A stretch of DNA of 36,407 nt, from contig JBEKWK010000001.1 in the NCBI GenBank assembly GCA_049513175.1, forward strand, positions 1-36,407, read 5' to 3'. Source of the DNA: FCB group bacterium (lineage in GTDB: Bacteria > Bacteroidota > Ignavibacteria > Kapaibacteriales > UBA2268). The position numbers and the translations under genes were made by a program. The notes beneath the pieces were generated by a model. That model was not told where the DNA came from and did not search any database. It saw only the letters and a program-made list of their open reading frames with translations. Positions 1-7,481 of the stretch are shown piece after piece. The stretch's first letter is position 1; the number at the start of each line of letters is the position of its first letter.

Positions 1-1
1 A

Positions 2-622
2 AATTTCAAACTGACAGGCAACGACTTATCTAAATCATTTACCAGAAATAAAAATATTTTTTCAGGTATAAATTTAGCATTGAGTAACGGTGAAACAATA
101 GCTGTTACCGGTCCAAACGGGTCAGGCAAAACAACTTTATTAAAAATTCTTTCTGGAGTATTAAGACCAACAAAAGGAAATGTAGAATTTAAAATTGATG
201 AGAAAATTATCGAGAAAACAAATTATTATAAACATTTAGGATATGTATCACCATATTTAAATTTATACGAAGAATTCACTCCGCTCGAGCATTTAAAAAT
301 ATTTTCAAAAATTCGTGGCAACACTTTTAATTATGATAAAGGATTAGAACATCTGAAAATGTTTAAACTTGAGAAAAAAAGGAATGAGCCGATTAGAACA
401 TTTTCTTCAGGGATGAAACAAAGATTTAAATACATACTTGCTCTGCAAAACGATTTTGAAATTTTCTTTCTGGATGAACCAATGACTAATCTCGATGCAG
501 ATGGTATTGCTGTAGTAACCGAACTTATTAAAGTTAATCAATCAAAAAATGGTGCAACAATTATTGCAACAAATGATGACAGGGAAAAAGAACTTTGTCA
601 AAAGATTATTGCAATTAAATAG
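2..622 (+). CDS. ABC transporter ATP-binding subunit (5' end truncated by window edge)
   Basis: The frame is open from nt 2 (NFKLTGNDLSKSFTRNKNIFSGINLALSNGE...), so the TTG at 80 in the ORF track is internal. Walker A GPNGSGKTT, signature-like FSSGMKQR, Walker B/D-loop FFLDEPMTNLD. About 207 aa visible, so this is a short stand-alone ATPase. Confidence 0.85.
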   Translation, partial: NFKLTGNDLSKSFTRNKNIFSGINLALSNGETIAVTGPNGSGKTTLLKILSGVLRPTKGNVEFKIDEKIIEKTNYYKHLGYVSPYLNLYEEFTPLEHLKIFSKIRGNTFNYDKGLEHLKMFKLEKKRNEPIRTFSSGMKQRFKYILALQNDFEIFFLDEPMTNLDADGIAVVTELIKVNQSKNGATIIATNDDREKELCQKIIAIK

Positions 623-652
623 ATAAATTTTTAAAACTAATATCAGAATTAT

Positions 653-1549
653 ATGAATAAAATTGTAATATTAATACTACTTGTTTTATTTGGACTATCC
701 TGTTCAGAGCAAAAACCTCTTTCCAGCCAGACAGTTCAAAATACAGAAAATTTTATTAGCTATATTTCATCTGTTAAGTTACCGACAGAACTCAGTTTCT
801 GTGGTGAAAAAGTCCCACTCGAAATACCTGAAGTAAAGGAAAGAGCCGAACGGGAATTTTATCTTTTACTGCAACAGCCGGGACAGGTAATTTTATATGT
901 GAAACGTGCAGGAATTTATTTCCCAATGTTTGAGAAATTGCTTAAAGAAAATAATGTGCCGGATGATTTTAAATACTTAGCGGTTGCAGAGTCCGCCCTG
1001 TATATGGCTCGTTCAACTAAAGATGCTGTTGGACTATGGCAATTTATAGAAACCACGGGTAGAAAAATGGGACTTAGAATTGATAATTATGTTGATGAAA
1101 GAAAGCATCCTGAAAAAAGTACCGAAGCGGCGATTAAATATTTAAAGGAAGGGTATGATGTTCATAAATCATGGCTGCTTGCAGCAGCAGGCTATAATAT
1201 GGGACATTTGGGTGTAATCAGCAATATTGATTTTCAAAATACCAATGATTATTTTGAAATGTTTTTAAATGAGGAGACATCGAGGTATATTCTCAGAATT
1301 GTTATAATTAAAGAATTTATGACTAATTATGCTAAGTATGGCTTCAAGATTGAAAATGAGGACATATATACCCCACCTAAATATAAATTAGTTGATTGCA
1401 AAGATGGAATTCTAAACCTTGCCGAATGGGCAAAAGCAAAAGGTACTACTTATAAGCAAATAAAATTATTAAATCAGTGGATACTTCAGAAAAGCCTTCC
1501 TGCTCCTCCAAAGGGAGAGTCTTATCAGATTGCTGTTCCTGAAAAATAA
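653..1549 (+). CDS. SLT-domain lytic transglycosylase lipoprotein (MltD-like)
   Basis: Signal peptide with Cys (VLFGLSCSEQ). SLT motifs AVAESALY (catalytic Glu-Ser), GLWQF and AAAGYNMG. The C-terminal about 50 aa is weakly LysM-like (TTYKQIKLLNQW...GESYQIAVP). Confidence 0.8.
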   Translation: MNKIVILILLVLFGLSCSEQKPLSSQTVQNTENFISYISSVKLPTELSFCGEKVPLEIPEVKERAEREFYLLLQQPGQVILYVKRAGIYFPMFEKLLKENNVPDDFKYLAVAESALYMARSTKDAVGLWQFIETTGRKMGLRIDNYVDERKHPEKSTEAAIKYLKEGYDVHKSWLLAAAGYNMGHLGVISNIDFQNTNDYFEMFLNEETSRYILRIVIIKEFMTNYAKYGFKIENEDIYTPPKYKLVDCKDGILNLAEWAKAKGTTYKQIKLLNQWILQKSLPAPPKGESYQIAVPEK

Positions 1550-1567
1550 AAACAGGATTGAAAATAA

Positions 1568-1591
1568 AAAAGCGGCTATATTTGCCGCTTT
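1568..1591. terminator. Bidirectional rho-independent terminator between convergent genes
   Basis: Perfect 8-bp stem AAAGCGGC (1568-1576) / GCCGCTTT (1584-1591) with a 7-nt loop TATATTT. A T-run follows on the + strand (TTTTATATA) and on the - strand (complement of AAAATAAAA). Confidence 0.6.
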
Positions 1592-1615
1592 TATATAATA
1601 TATTTAAATAAATTT

Positions 1616-2329
1616 TTATTTATTATTAAATATCGGAGACTCTGCTACACTACCATATCCTGGAATAGATAATTCAGGAAAATCAACACTTGTAGTTTTC
1701 ATTTTTAAATTACAATTAAAATAACCTTTTTTATCAGGTTTTGCTTTAGCGGTTACTTCTTGTTCTTCACCGGGATGTAATACTATCTTACCGCTCAGAT
1801 TTGTAATCATCGAAGCAGGTGTAACATCAAAATTGGTTAATGAGATATCCTCAGTAGATGAATTTCTGATAGATACCTTAGCCGTAGTTTCTTCACCGAC
1901 CTTCATTTCACCAAAAACGAAATAATTTGTTGGTTTCACTTCGAGAGCTAAGAAGATATCAGCTTTTAATGTAATAATCGTTTCAGGTTGAGTTTTATCG
2001 TTAGAAGAAACCCTAATTGTTTTTTCAATAGGTCCGGAATGAGGACTGATGACAACAGAAACATCCATAGTTGCTGTCTCACCGGGATTTAATTCTGTTT
2101 TATCCAATGGGGCAGTTGTGCACCCGCATGAAGGTTTGACATTAGATATAATAAGTTTTTCATTTCCTACATTTTTTAATTGAAGTTTAGTTTTTAAAGG
2201 TGAATCCTTGGGGCTTACCTTATGCCAATCAAATGTACCACCATTAATAATTTCTAATTTAGGCTGTGCATCCGCAGCATTACAAATACATGCCATCAAT
2301 ATAAAAAGAACCGGAATGTAACGCTTCAT
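1616..2329 (-). CDS. DUF1573 domain-containing secreted protein
   Basis: Hallmark DUF1573 motif PSCGCTT after a beta-sandwich start (LQLKNVGNEKLIISNVKPSCGCTT). A second ASH/PapD-like module follows (FVFGEMKVGEETTAKVSIRNSSTEDISL). The signal peptide begins at the internal Met (MKRYIPVLFILMACICNAADA), so I trim the ORF-track start from 2392 to 2329. Confidence 0.75.
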   Translation of the reverse strand: MKRYIPVLFILMACICNAADAQPKLEIINGGTFDWHKVSPKDSPLKTKLQLKNVGNEKLIISNVKPSCGCTTAPLDKTELNPGETATMDVSVVISPHSGPIEKTIRVSSNDKTQPETIITLKADIFLALEVKPTNYFVFGEMKVGEETTAKVSIRNSSTEDISLTNFDVTPASMITNLSGKIVLHPGEEQEVTAKAKPDKKGYFNCNLKMKTTSVDFPELSIPGYGSVAESPIFNNK

Positions 2330-2389
2330 AATTATGTAACTCCTTTTTTTATTAAAATAATTTTTGATTTGTTTTTTGCTAATTTGACG

Positions 2390-2397
2390 CAAATTTA
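2390..2397 (-). promoter_or_regulatory. Candidate Bacteroidetes-type -7 promoter box (TAAATTTG) for the DUF1573 gene
   Basis: The minus strand reads TAAATTTG, matching the TAnnTTTG consensus described for Bacteroidetes sigma-A promoters. It lies about 60 nt upstream of the ATG at 2329. I found no clear -33 TTTG partner. Confidence 0.25.
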
Positions 2398-2554
2398 ATA
2401 AATATAGTGTTTATGATTATAATTTCCGATAAATATAAAAATATGATAAAAATGAATTTGGTAATATAAAAAAAATTAGGCTAATTTGCGTTGATATTAT
2501 AAGAATATTGAATTTATAATCAGTTGTAATTCGTAAAGAATTTAATTAACAAAA

Positions 2555-4840
2555 GTGTTTAACAAAAGAACTATATTAAAAATATACTTTATACTACTGC
2601 TTAATTTTATCATTTATGGTTCAGCAGCAGCACAATTATCAGGAAAAATTTACACAATCCCTGATACTTCAAGTTCACATTATATTGATTTTGGAATGTG
2701 CCTTTTGGGTGATACCTTATTTAGTTCTTTTTATTTGCAAAACACTGGCAAACTACCATTAAAACTTGGTGGAAGTAATCCATCTTATTATCTCGGAGAA
2801 TATATACCCAACAATAGAGAATGGGAGGAATTTCATACATATAATCAACAGCCTGGAACAATTGATACTGGCATTACATCGAAGCTAACTATTTTTTATT
2901 TTGCCGGTAAAGATACAGCCAATAATCTACATCCAATTGGAACAAAACACGCCTTACTAAAAATGGGTCTATATGATGCACAGTTTTCTACACAACCTGA
3001 TTCGTCTCTTTTTATTGTAAAAGATAATTATATTTTAATAGCCCGCAAAACAAAACATTTTGTAGATGGCTATGAAAATGTAGTTAATTTTGATTCTGTA
3101 TATGTAAATCCAACTGCTCCAGTTGAATGGGATTGGAGAGTGCAAAATGTTTTTAATGATTCAATTGATATTGATAGCGCGCATTTTAGGATGCTAAGTA
3201 ATGATTCTGCAACTAATGAGCTTTACGTTAAGGGTTACGCTCTTCCGCTAAGATTATATAAAAAAACTTCACCAGTGATATGGAAATTATATTATAACCC
3301 TGTAGACATTGGCATAGACAGTGCATATTATTATTTGAGCTACCATCCATTAATTAATCAATATCCCGATTCAGTTGACTATGCTTCTGTGAAGATGATT
3401 GGCACCGGTGTTCAGCAGATACTCACTCTTACTGAATCCGATGCTAGTTTTTCAGGAGATATAATAGATGTAGGTCAAGTTAAAGTAGGTACAACTAAAA
3501 CAATATTTGGTATATTAAGAAACGATGGTAATATGCCCTTTGGAACAATAAGTCAAAATATTTTTGATGAATATGTTGATACAACTGCAAAAGGATTTAG
3601 CATAACGAGAAAATTTCTAAACAAAGGGAATGATTTATTTCCTACAGCGATAGATTCTTTCAAAATAAGTATTAAACCTGTTCAAAGGGGGAATTTTCTT
3701 GTTCGGTACGTTGACTCGAGTGATATAATATACAGAGGAATACTTAAATACCCTCCTGAAGCAAGACAAAAAACGATTTATATTAAAGGAACAGGGACCG
3801 CTCCTGAAATCAGTGTAGCCAGCGATACAGTTAATTTTAAGGATGTAGTATTGCTTTCTGATTGTTCCGCATCTAAAACTATGACAATTCAAATAGGCAA
3901 CACCGGTAATGCTAATCTCGAAATTATGAAATTAACATTTTTCCCTCCTTTTACATGTGACACAATAAATGAAATTGATGCAAATTCACAAAAGGATTTA
4001 AAAGTTATTTTTTCATCATCTACTTTAGGTGATTATTACGATTCATTATATATATATTCAAATGCAATACCACCACAAAACATTTTTAAATTATATCTTA
4101 TTGCTTCAAGTGTACAACCAGAACAGATTAGTTTGTCTATTCCTGAAATCAGTGCAAAACCCGGCAGGAAAATATCTGTACCGATATTAGGTAAAGGCAG
4201 TAATGTTTCTATTACAAATAAATTTTCAGATACAATTTCTTATGATAATAGTATACTTAGATATACAGGTTTTGAGAAAAATGGTACAGCATCGGAATCA
4301 GCTAATCTTTCGGATATTATAATAAATGAAACTCCTGATAAATCAAGAATTGGAATTTCTATTCAGACCCCCACAAATGCAAATTTTAGAAGTAGTGATA
4401 CACTTATACTATTAAATTTCGATACTTATCTTGGAGATAATTTATCAACATCAATTTCCTTTGCTAATCCTCTGTTCTACAGTGGACATTGCGTCATAAC
4501 ACCTATTTTTATTAATGGTGAATTTATTCTCGATTCTGTTTGCGGTTTAGCATATAAAATCTTTCCATCTACCGGACTCAAATTCTCTTTATCTGATATT
4601 GTCCCTAATCCAGCCATCGAAAAAATAGATATTGTAATTGAGGTTGCTTATGATACAAAAGTCGAATTAAAATTATATGATTCTCAGGGTGAATTATCAT
4701 TTGTATTGATTGACGGGGAAATGACAGAAGGAAAATATATGTATTCATTTCCTATATATAATTTATCACCCGGAGTTTATTATTGCAGGATGAGAGCAGG
4801 ATTATATCAACAAGTCAGGAAAGTAATAATTTCAAAATGA
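2555..4840 (+). CDS. Large secreted surface protein: repeated ASH/PapD-like ('choice-of-anchor D'-type) beta-sandwich modules, a cohesin-like module and a T9SS C-terminal sorting domain
   Basis: GTG start with a signal peptide (LLLNFIIYGSAAAQ). Recurrent pattern '(I/V)DFG...G....F.L.N.G..PL.I': DFGMCLLGDTLFSSFYLQNTGKLPLKL, IDVGQVKVGTTKTIFGILRNDGNMPF, VNFKDVVLLSDCSASKTMTIQIGNTGNANLEI. Cohesin-like stretch ISLSIPEISAKPGRKISVPILGK...ISYDNSILRYTGFEK...LILLNFDTYLG. The C-terminus KVELKLYDSQGE...LSPGVYYCRMRAGLYQQVRKVIISK is typical of Por_Secre_tail. Confidence 0.7.
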   Translation: MFNKRTILKIYFILLLNFIIYGSAAAQLSGKIYTIPDTSSSHYIDFGMCLLGDTLFSSFYLQNTGKLPLKLGGSNPSYYLGEYIPNNREWEEFHTYNQQPGTIDTGITSKLTIFYFAGKDTANNLHPIGTKHALLKMGLYDAQFSTQPDSSLFIVKDNYILIARKTKHFVDGYENVVNFDSVYVNPTAPVEWDWRVQNVFNDSIDIDSAHFRMLSNDSATNELYVKGYALPLRLYKKTSPVIWKLYYNPVDIGIDSAYYYLSYHPLINQYPDSVDYASVKMIGTGVQQILTLTESDASFSGDIIDVGQVKVGTTKTIFGILRNDGNMPFGTISQNIFDEYVDTTAKGFSITRKFLNKGNDLFPTAIDSFKISIKPVQRGNFLVRYVDSSDIIYRGILKYPPEARQKTIYIKGTGTAPEISVASDTVNFKDVVLLSDCSASKTMTIQIGNTGNANLEIMKLTFFPPFTCDTINEIDANSQKDLKVIFSSSTLGDYYDSLYIYSNAIPPQNIFKLYLIASSVQPEQISLSIPEISAKPGRKISVPILGKGSNVSITNKFSDTISYDNSILRYTGFEKNGTASESANLSDIIINETPDKSRIGISIQTPTNANFRSSDTLILLNFDTYLGDNLSTSISFANPLFYSGHCVITPIFINGEFILDSVCGLAYKIFPSTGLKFSLSDIVPNPAIEKIDIVIEVAYDTKVELKLYDSQGELSFVLIDGEMTEGKYMYSFPIYNLSPGVYYCRMRAGLYQQVRKVIISK

Positions 4841-5598
4841 TAAAACTATCACAAATATTTTTATTCACTTTAATTTTAAGCCTAAATGCTTACTCTCAAG
4901 GGTTTGACTGGCAGTACTCTGCAAGAATGCCTTCAGATTCACCCACAATGTTTATTGGTATCACAGGAGAATTTAATTATCAAATTCATTCAGGTAGTTT
5001 TAATTTTTTAGAACAACAAGTAACATGTGTGCAATTTAACAATGGTAAGGGCTATGGATATAGCGCAGGAATTAGTGGTGAATATTGGAATACAGGTGTA
5101 TTTGCAATTTTTGGAAATATTATTTATTCTAATGTTCCCGGTAAATTCGCCCAAACAGTATCAATACAAAAGGTAAATTATGATTTAATATCAGAATATG
5201 ATTATAATTCAAATATATCTTATGCATCTTTAGAAGGCGGCTTGAAGTGGAGACTGTTTGAATCTCATTTATATATAGGATGCAGTTTGCAATTTGCTGT
5301 TTTAGTTTCTAATAAGGAAGATTGTATCGAAAAAATTATAGGTCCTGATAATGCCCCTCCATTCAATACTAATCCACCGTCATATCAAAGAGTAATTTCA
5401 GACGGAGGAATTTCAGACCAAAATCCTTTTAATATAATACCCAAAATCCGCATTGGATATGACCTGCCAATAGGTTTAGGAATGTATGCTTCACCTTCTA
5501 TAATTGCAGGGTTTTCAATATTGCCTATAGCAAAAGATTCGCAATGGAGACGATTTCCGGTTTCATTTGGAATTACTTTTTATAAAGGAATATTGTAA
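4837..5598 (+). CDS. Outer-membrane beta-barrel protein (porin/PorT-like), function unknown
   Basis: Start trimmed to the ATG at 4837, which overlaps the upstream stop (ATGA). Signal peptide MIKLSQIFLFTLILSLNAYSQ. Alternating amphipathic strands (MFIGITGEFNYQI, GYGYSAGISGEYW, YASLEGGLKWRLF, LYIGCSLQFAVLV, PKIRIGYDLPI, VSFGITFY). Confidence 0.55.
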   Translation: MIKLSQIFLFTLILSLNAYSQGFDWQYSARMPSDSPTMFIGITGEFNYQIHSGSFNFLEQQVTCVQFNNGKGYGYSAGISGEYWNTGVFAIFGNIIYSNVPGKFAQTVSIQKVNYDLISEYDYNSNISYASLEGGLKWRLFESHLYIGCSLQFAVLVSNKEDCIEKIIGPDNAPPFNTNPPSYQRVISDGGISDQNPFNIIPKIRIGYDLPIGLGMYASPSIIAGFSILPIAKDSQWRRFPVSFGITFYKGIL

Positions 5599-6491
5599 TT
5601 CTCAATTCTATTTTCGATTCTATTAACTTTTGTTATTTTATAAATATAATATGAAATGGCTGCTGTAGCGGCAAAGCTAACAATACATAATGGAATTGCA
5701 ATCGGTAATGTTAGATAAGTAAAGGGATTATTTAAATAATTTAATGGTGTGACATATATAGTGGCAACAGCAAAACCATTGTGTAAAAAGTGGATTATTA
5801 TTGGAAGCAATAGAGTTTTTGAAGAATAAGCTAAGTTACCAAGATACATGCCTACAAATATTAAGGGAATGATAGAAATTGGATTCATATGGATGATTCC
5901 AAAAATTATACTCACAATTATAATAGCTTTAATCGGTTTCATTACTTCTTCGAGAGAACGCTGGAATAAGCCTCTGAATAGTGATTCTTCACAGATTGCA
6001 GGAATTAAAGCTCCGATAATTAATGCTCTGAATTCGCTAAATAAGCCCTCTCCTCCGAGCACGGATTCATATAATTCTTGAATATACTTTTCAAGATTGT
6101 GATAATAATTCAGAAATACTTTGGGCATTAAAGCTTCCTGAATGAATAAAAAACTGGATGAAAAAATCATTATGATAATTAGTCCAATAATAGATATTAT
6201 AATCACCTTTATTGATATTTTATTACCAAGTCTAAAAATTACCTTTAATGGTAACGTTGATTTTTTCGCAAAAAGGTATGTTGGAATAAATAAAAATATT
6301 ATTTCTAATACACCTAAAGAATAGCGCTGGAATGAAGATAATTTTAACCAAATTATTAATAAATCCAATAACACTGAACCAAAGATATAAATTAATTGTA
6401 CAATTAATATACTGCGGATAGCAAATTTTATATGGGAAAATTGCTGAGGCATTTCATGATTATTTGTTACTTTTATTTCCTGGGTTTCCAT
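5580..6491 (-). CDS. CPBP family intramembrane glutamic endopeptidase (CAAX protease/Abi family)
   Basis: Polytopic membrane protein with the three CPBP motifs: EESLFRG (EExxxR), FGIIH (FxxxH) and HFLHN (HxxxN). Confidence 0.85.
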   Translation of the reverse strand: METQEIKVTNNHEMPQQFSHIKFAIRSILIVQLIYIFGSVLLDLLIIWLKLSSFQRYSLGVLEIIFLFIPTYLFAKKSTLPLKVIFRLGNKISIKVIIISIIGLIIIMIFSSSFLFIQEALMPKVFLNYYHNLEKYIQELYESVLGGEGLFSEFRALIIGALIPAICEESLFRGLFQRSLEEVMKPIKAIIIVSIIFGIIHMNPISIIPLIFVGMYLGNLAYSSKTLLLPIIIHFLHNGFAVATIYVTPLNYLNNPFTYLTLPIAIPLCIVSFAATAAISYYIYKITKVNRIENRIENYNIPL

Positions 6492-6498
6492 ATATAAT

Positions 6499-7464
6499 CT
6501 ATCGCATTAAGAAAGGTTCTTTGTTATTGAAATCTGGGAGATAATTTTCACTGCTTTCTAATTCCTGAATCCAACCATTTTGAAATCCGAATTTGTCCAT
6601 TTCTTCTATAACTTGCTCATACTCTTCAGCAGTTAACTTTCTGTTTAGTTCAGGATATTTTTTATTATTTGAAACAGGATAATATTGAGACATTAAAGAA
6701 ATATGCACTGAAGTTGAAATATTTTCCGCAATGTCTCTAAGTACATTTATGCTATTATCAACATGCCCCGGCAAAACAAGATGGCGTATAATTAAACCGG
6801 ATTCTGCATATCCGTTGTCATTAATAATAAGGTTAGCATCTTTCTGACGATACATTTCTTTAATCGCATTAATTGCAGTCTCCCGATAATGAACAGCATC
6901 TGAAAACTGTTTAGCAAGCTTATCATCAGAATATTTAAAATCAGGTAAATATACATCAATCAGTCCTTCGAATTCTCTGATTGTTTCCAGTTTGTCATAA
7001 CTGTTCGTATTAAATACAAATATTGGTTTATGCCCGAGACTTTTTAAAGTATTAATTATAATTTTAGTTTGAGGTATAAAATGTGATGGAGAAACAAAAC
7101 CCACAGCTTCACAGCCTTGAGTTAAATAAAATTCTACTTTATCTATTATTTTTTCTAATTCGATTTTATTATCTTCAAGTGAAATTTTATTTCTACTTAT
7201 CTGATAGTTTTGACAATAAATACATTGTAAATTGCAGTGAGAAAAAAATATATTACATATACCATTTTTACCGCTTATTACAGGCTCTTCTCCGCAATGA
7301 TTAAAAATTGAGGATATATTAAATGATGCGTCGGTTTTGCAATAGCCTAAATTATTTGAGTACCTGTTAACATTGCAATTCCGGGGACACATCGAGCAAT
7401 TCCTCAAAACCTGTAATGGCATCAAGAGTTCTTTATTATTCATCAAATCAACCGGCATAATCAT
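6499..7464 (-). CDS. Radical SAM protein, PflX-like (COG1313-type; pyruvate formate-lyase activase-related, function unknown)
   Basis: CxxxCxxC core CNLQCIYCQN preceded by an N-terminal Cys cluster (CSMCPRNCNVNR...GYCK). About 320 aa. Ends 7 nt upstream of the CPBP gene. Confidence 0.8.
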   Translation of the reverse strand: MIMPVDLMNNKELLMPLQVLRNCSMCPRNCNVNRYSNNLGYCKTDASFNISSIFNHCGEEPVISGKNGICNIFFSHCNLQCIYCQNYQISRNKISLEDNKIELEKIIDKVEFYLTQGCEAVGFVSPSHFIPQTKIIINTLKSLGHKPIFVFNTNSYDKLETIREFEGLIDVYLPDFKYSDDKLAKQFSDAVHYRETAINAIKEMYRQKDANLIINDNGYAESGLIIRHLVLPGHVDNSINVLRDIAENISTSVHISLMSQYYPVSNNKKYPELNRKLTAEEYEQVIEEMDKFGFQNGWIQELESSENYLPDFNNKEPFLMR

Positions 7465-7481
7465 TTTATAATTTGATTAAA

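Noticed and set aside
2330-2392. N-terminal extensions given by the ORF track for three genes: 2392 for DUF1573, 4783 for the beta-barrel, 27395 for ThpR.
   Set aside because: In each case an internal Met begins a proper signal peptide or the conserved family N-terminus (MKRYIPVLF..., MIKLSQIFLF..., MNTKRLFIGTF). The extension is basic or hydrophobic junk, or overlaps the upstream gene.
3635-3892. ORF-track entries lying inside or antisense to larger genes. In order: 3635-3892, 5848-6081, 6142-6324, 7083-7304, 8509-8706, 8663-8857, 11970-12221, 12234-12668, 13251-13454, 16629-16859, 16943-17197, 19304-19582, 20807-21061, 20861-21118, 21453-21653, 21529-21714, 26509-26691, 26719-26985, 27574-27798, 29108-29446, 29485-29754, 32276-32461, 34768-34953, 35802-36020.
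   Set aside because: Each is wholly or largely embedded in a longer ORF that has clear family motifs. Their translations are low-complexity or Cys/Arg/Phe-rich with no recognisable motif, signal or start context. I treat them as shadow ORFs.
5580-6491. The CPBP/Abi protein, considered as a bacteriocin self-immunity gene.
   Set aside because: No bacteriocin-like small ORF, export ABC/C39 peptidase or two-component regulator is nearby. Membership of the tight four-gene operon is the more informative context.
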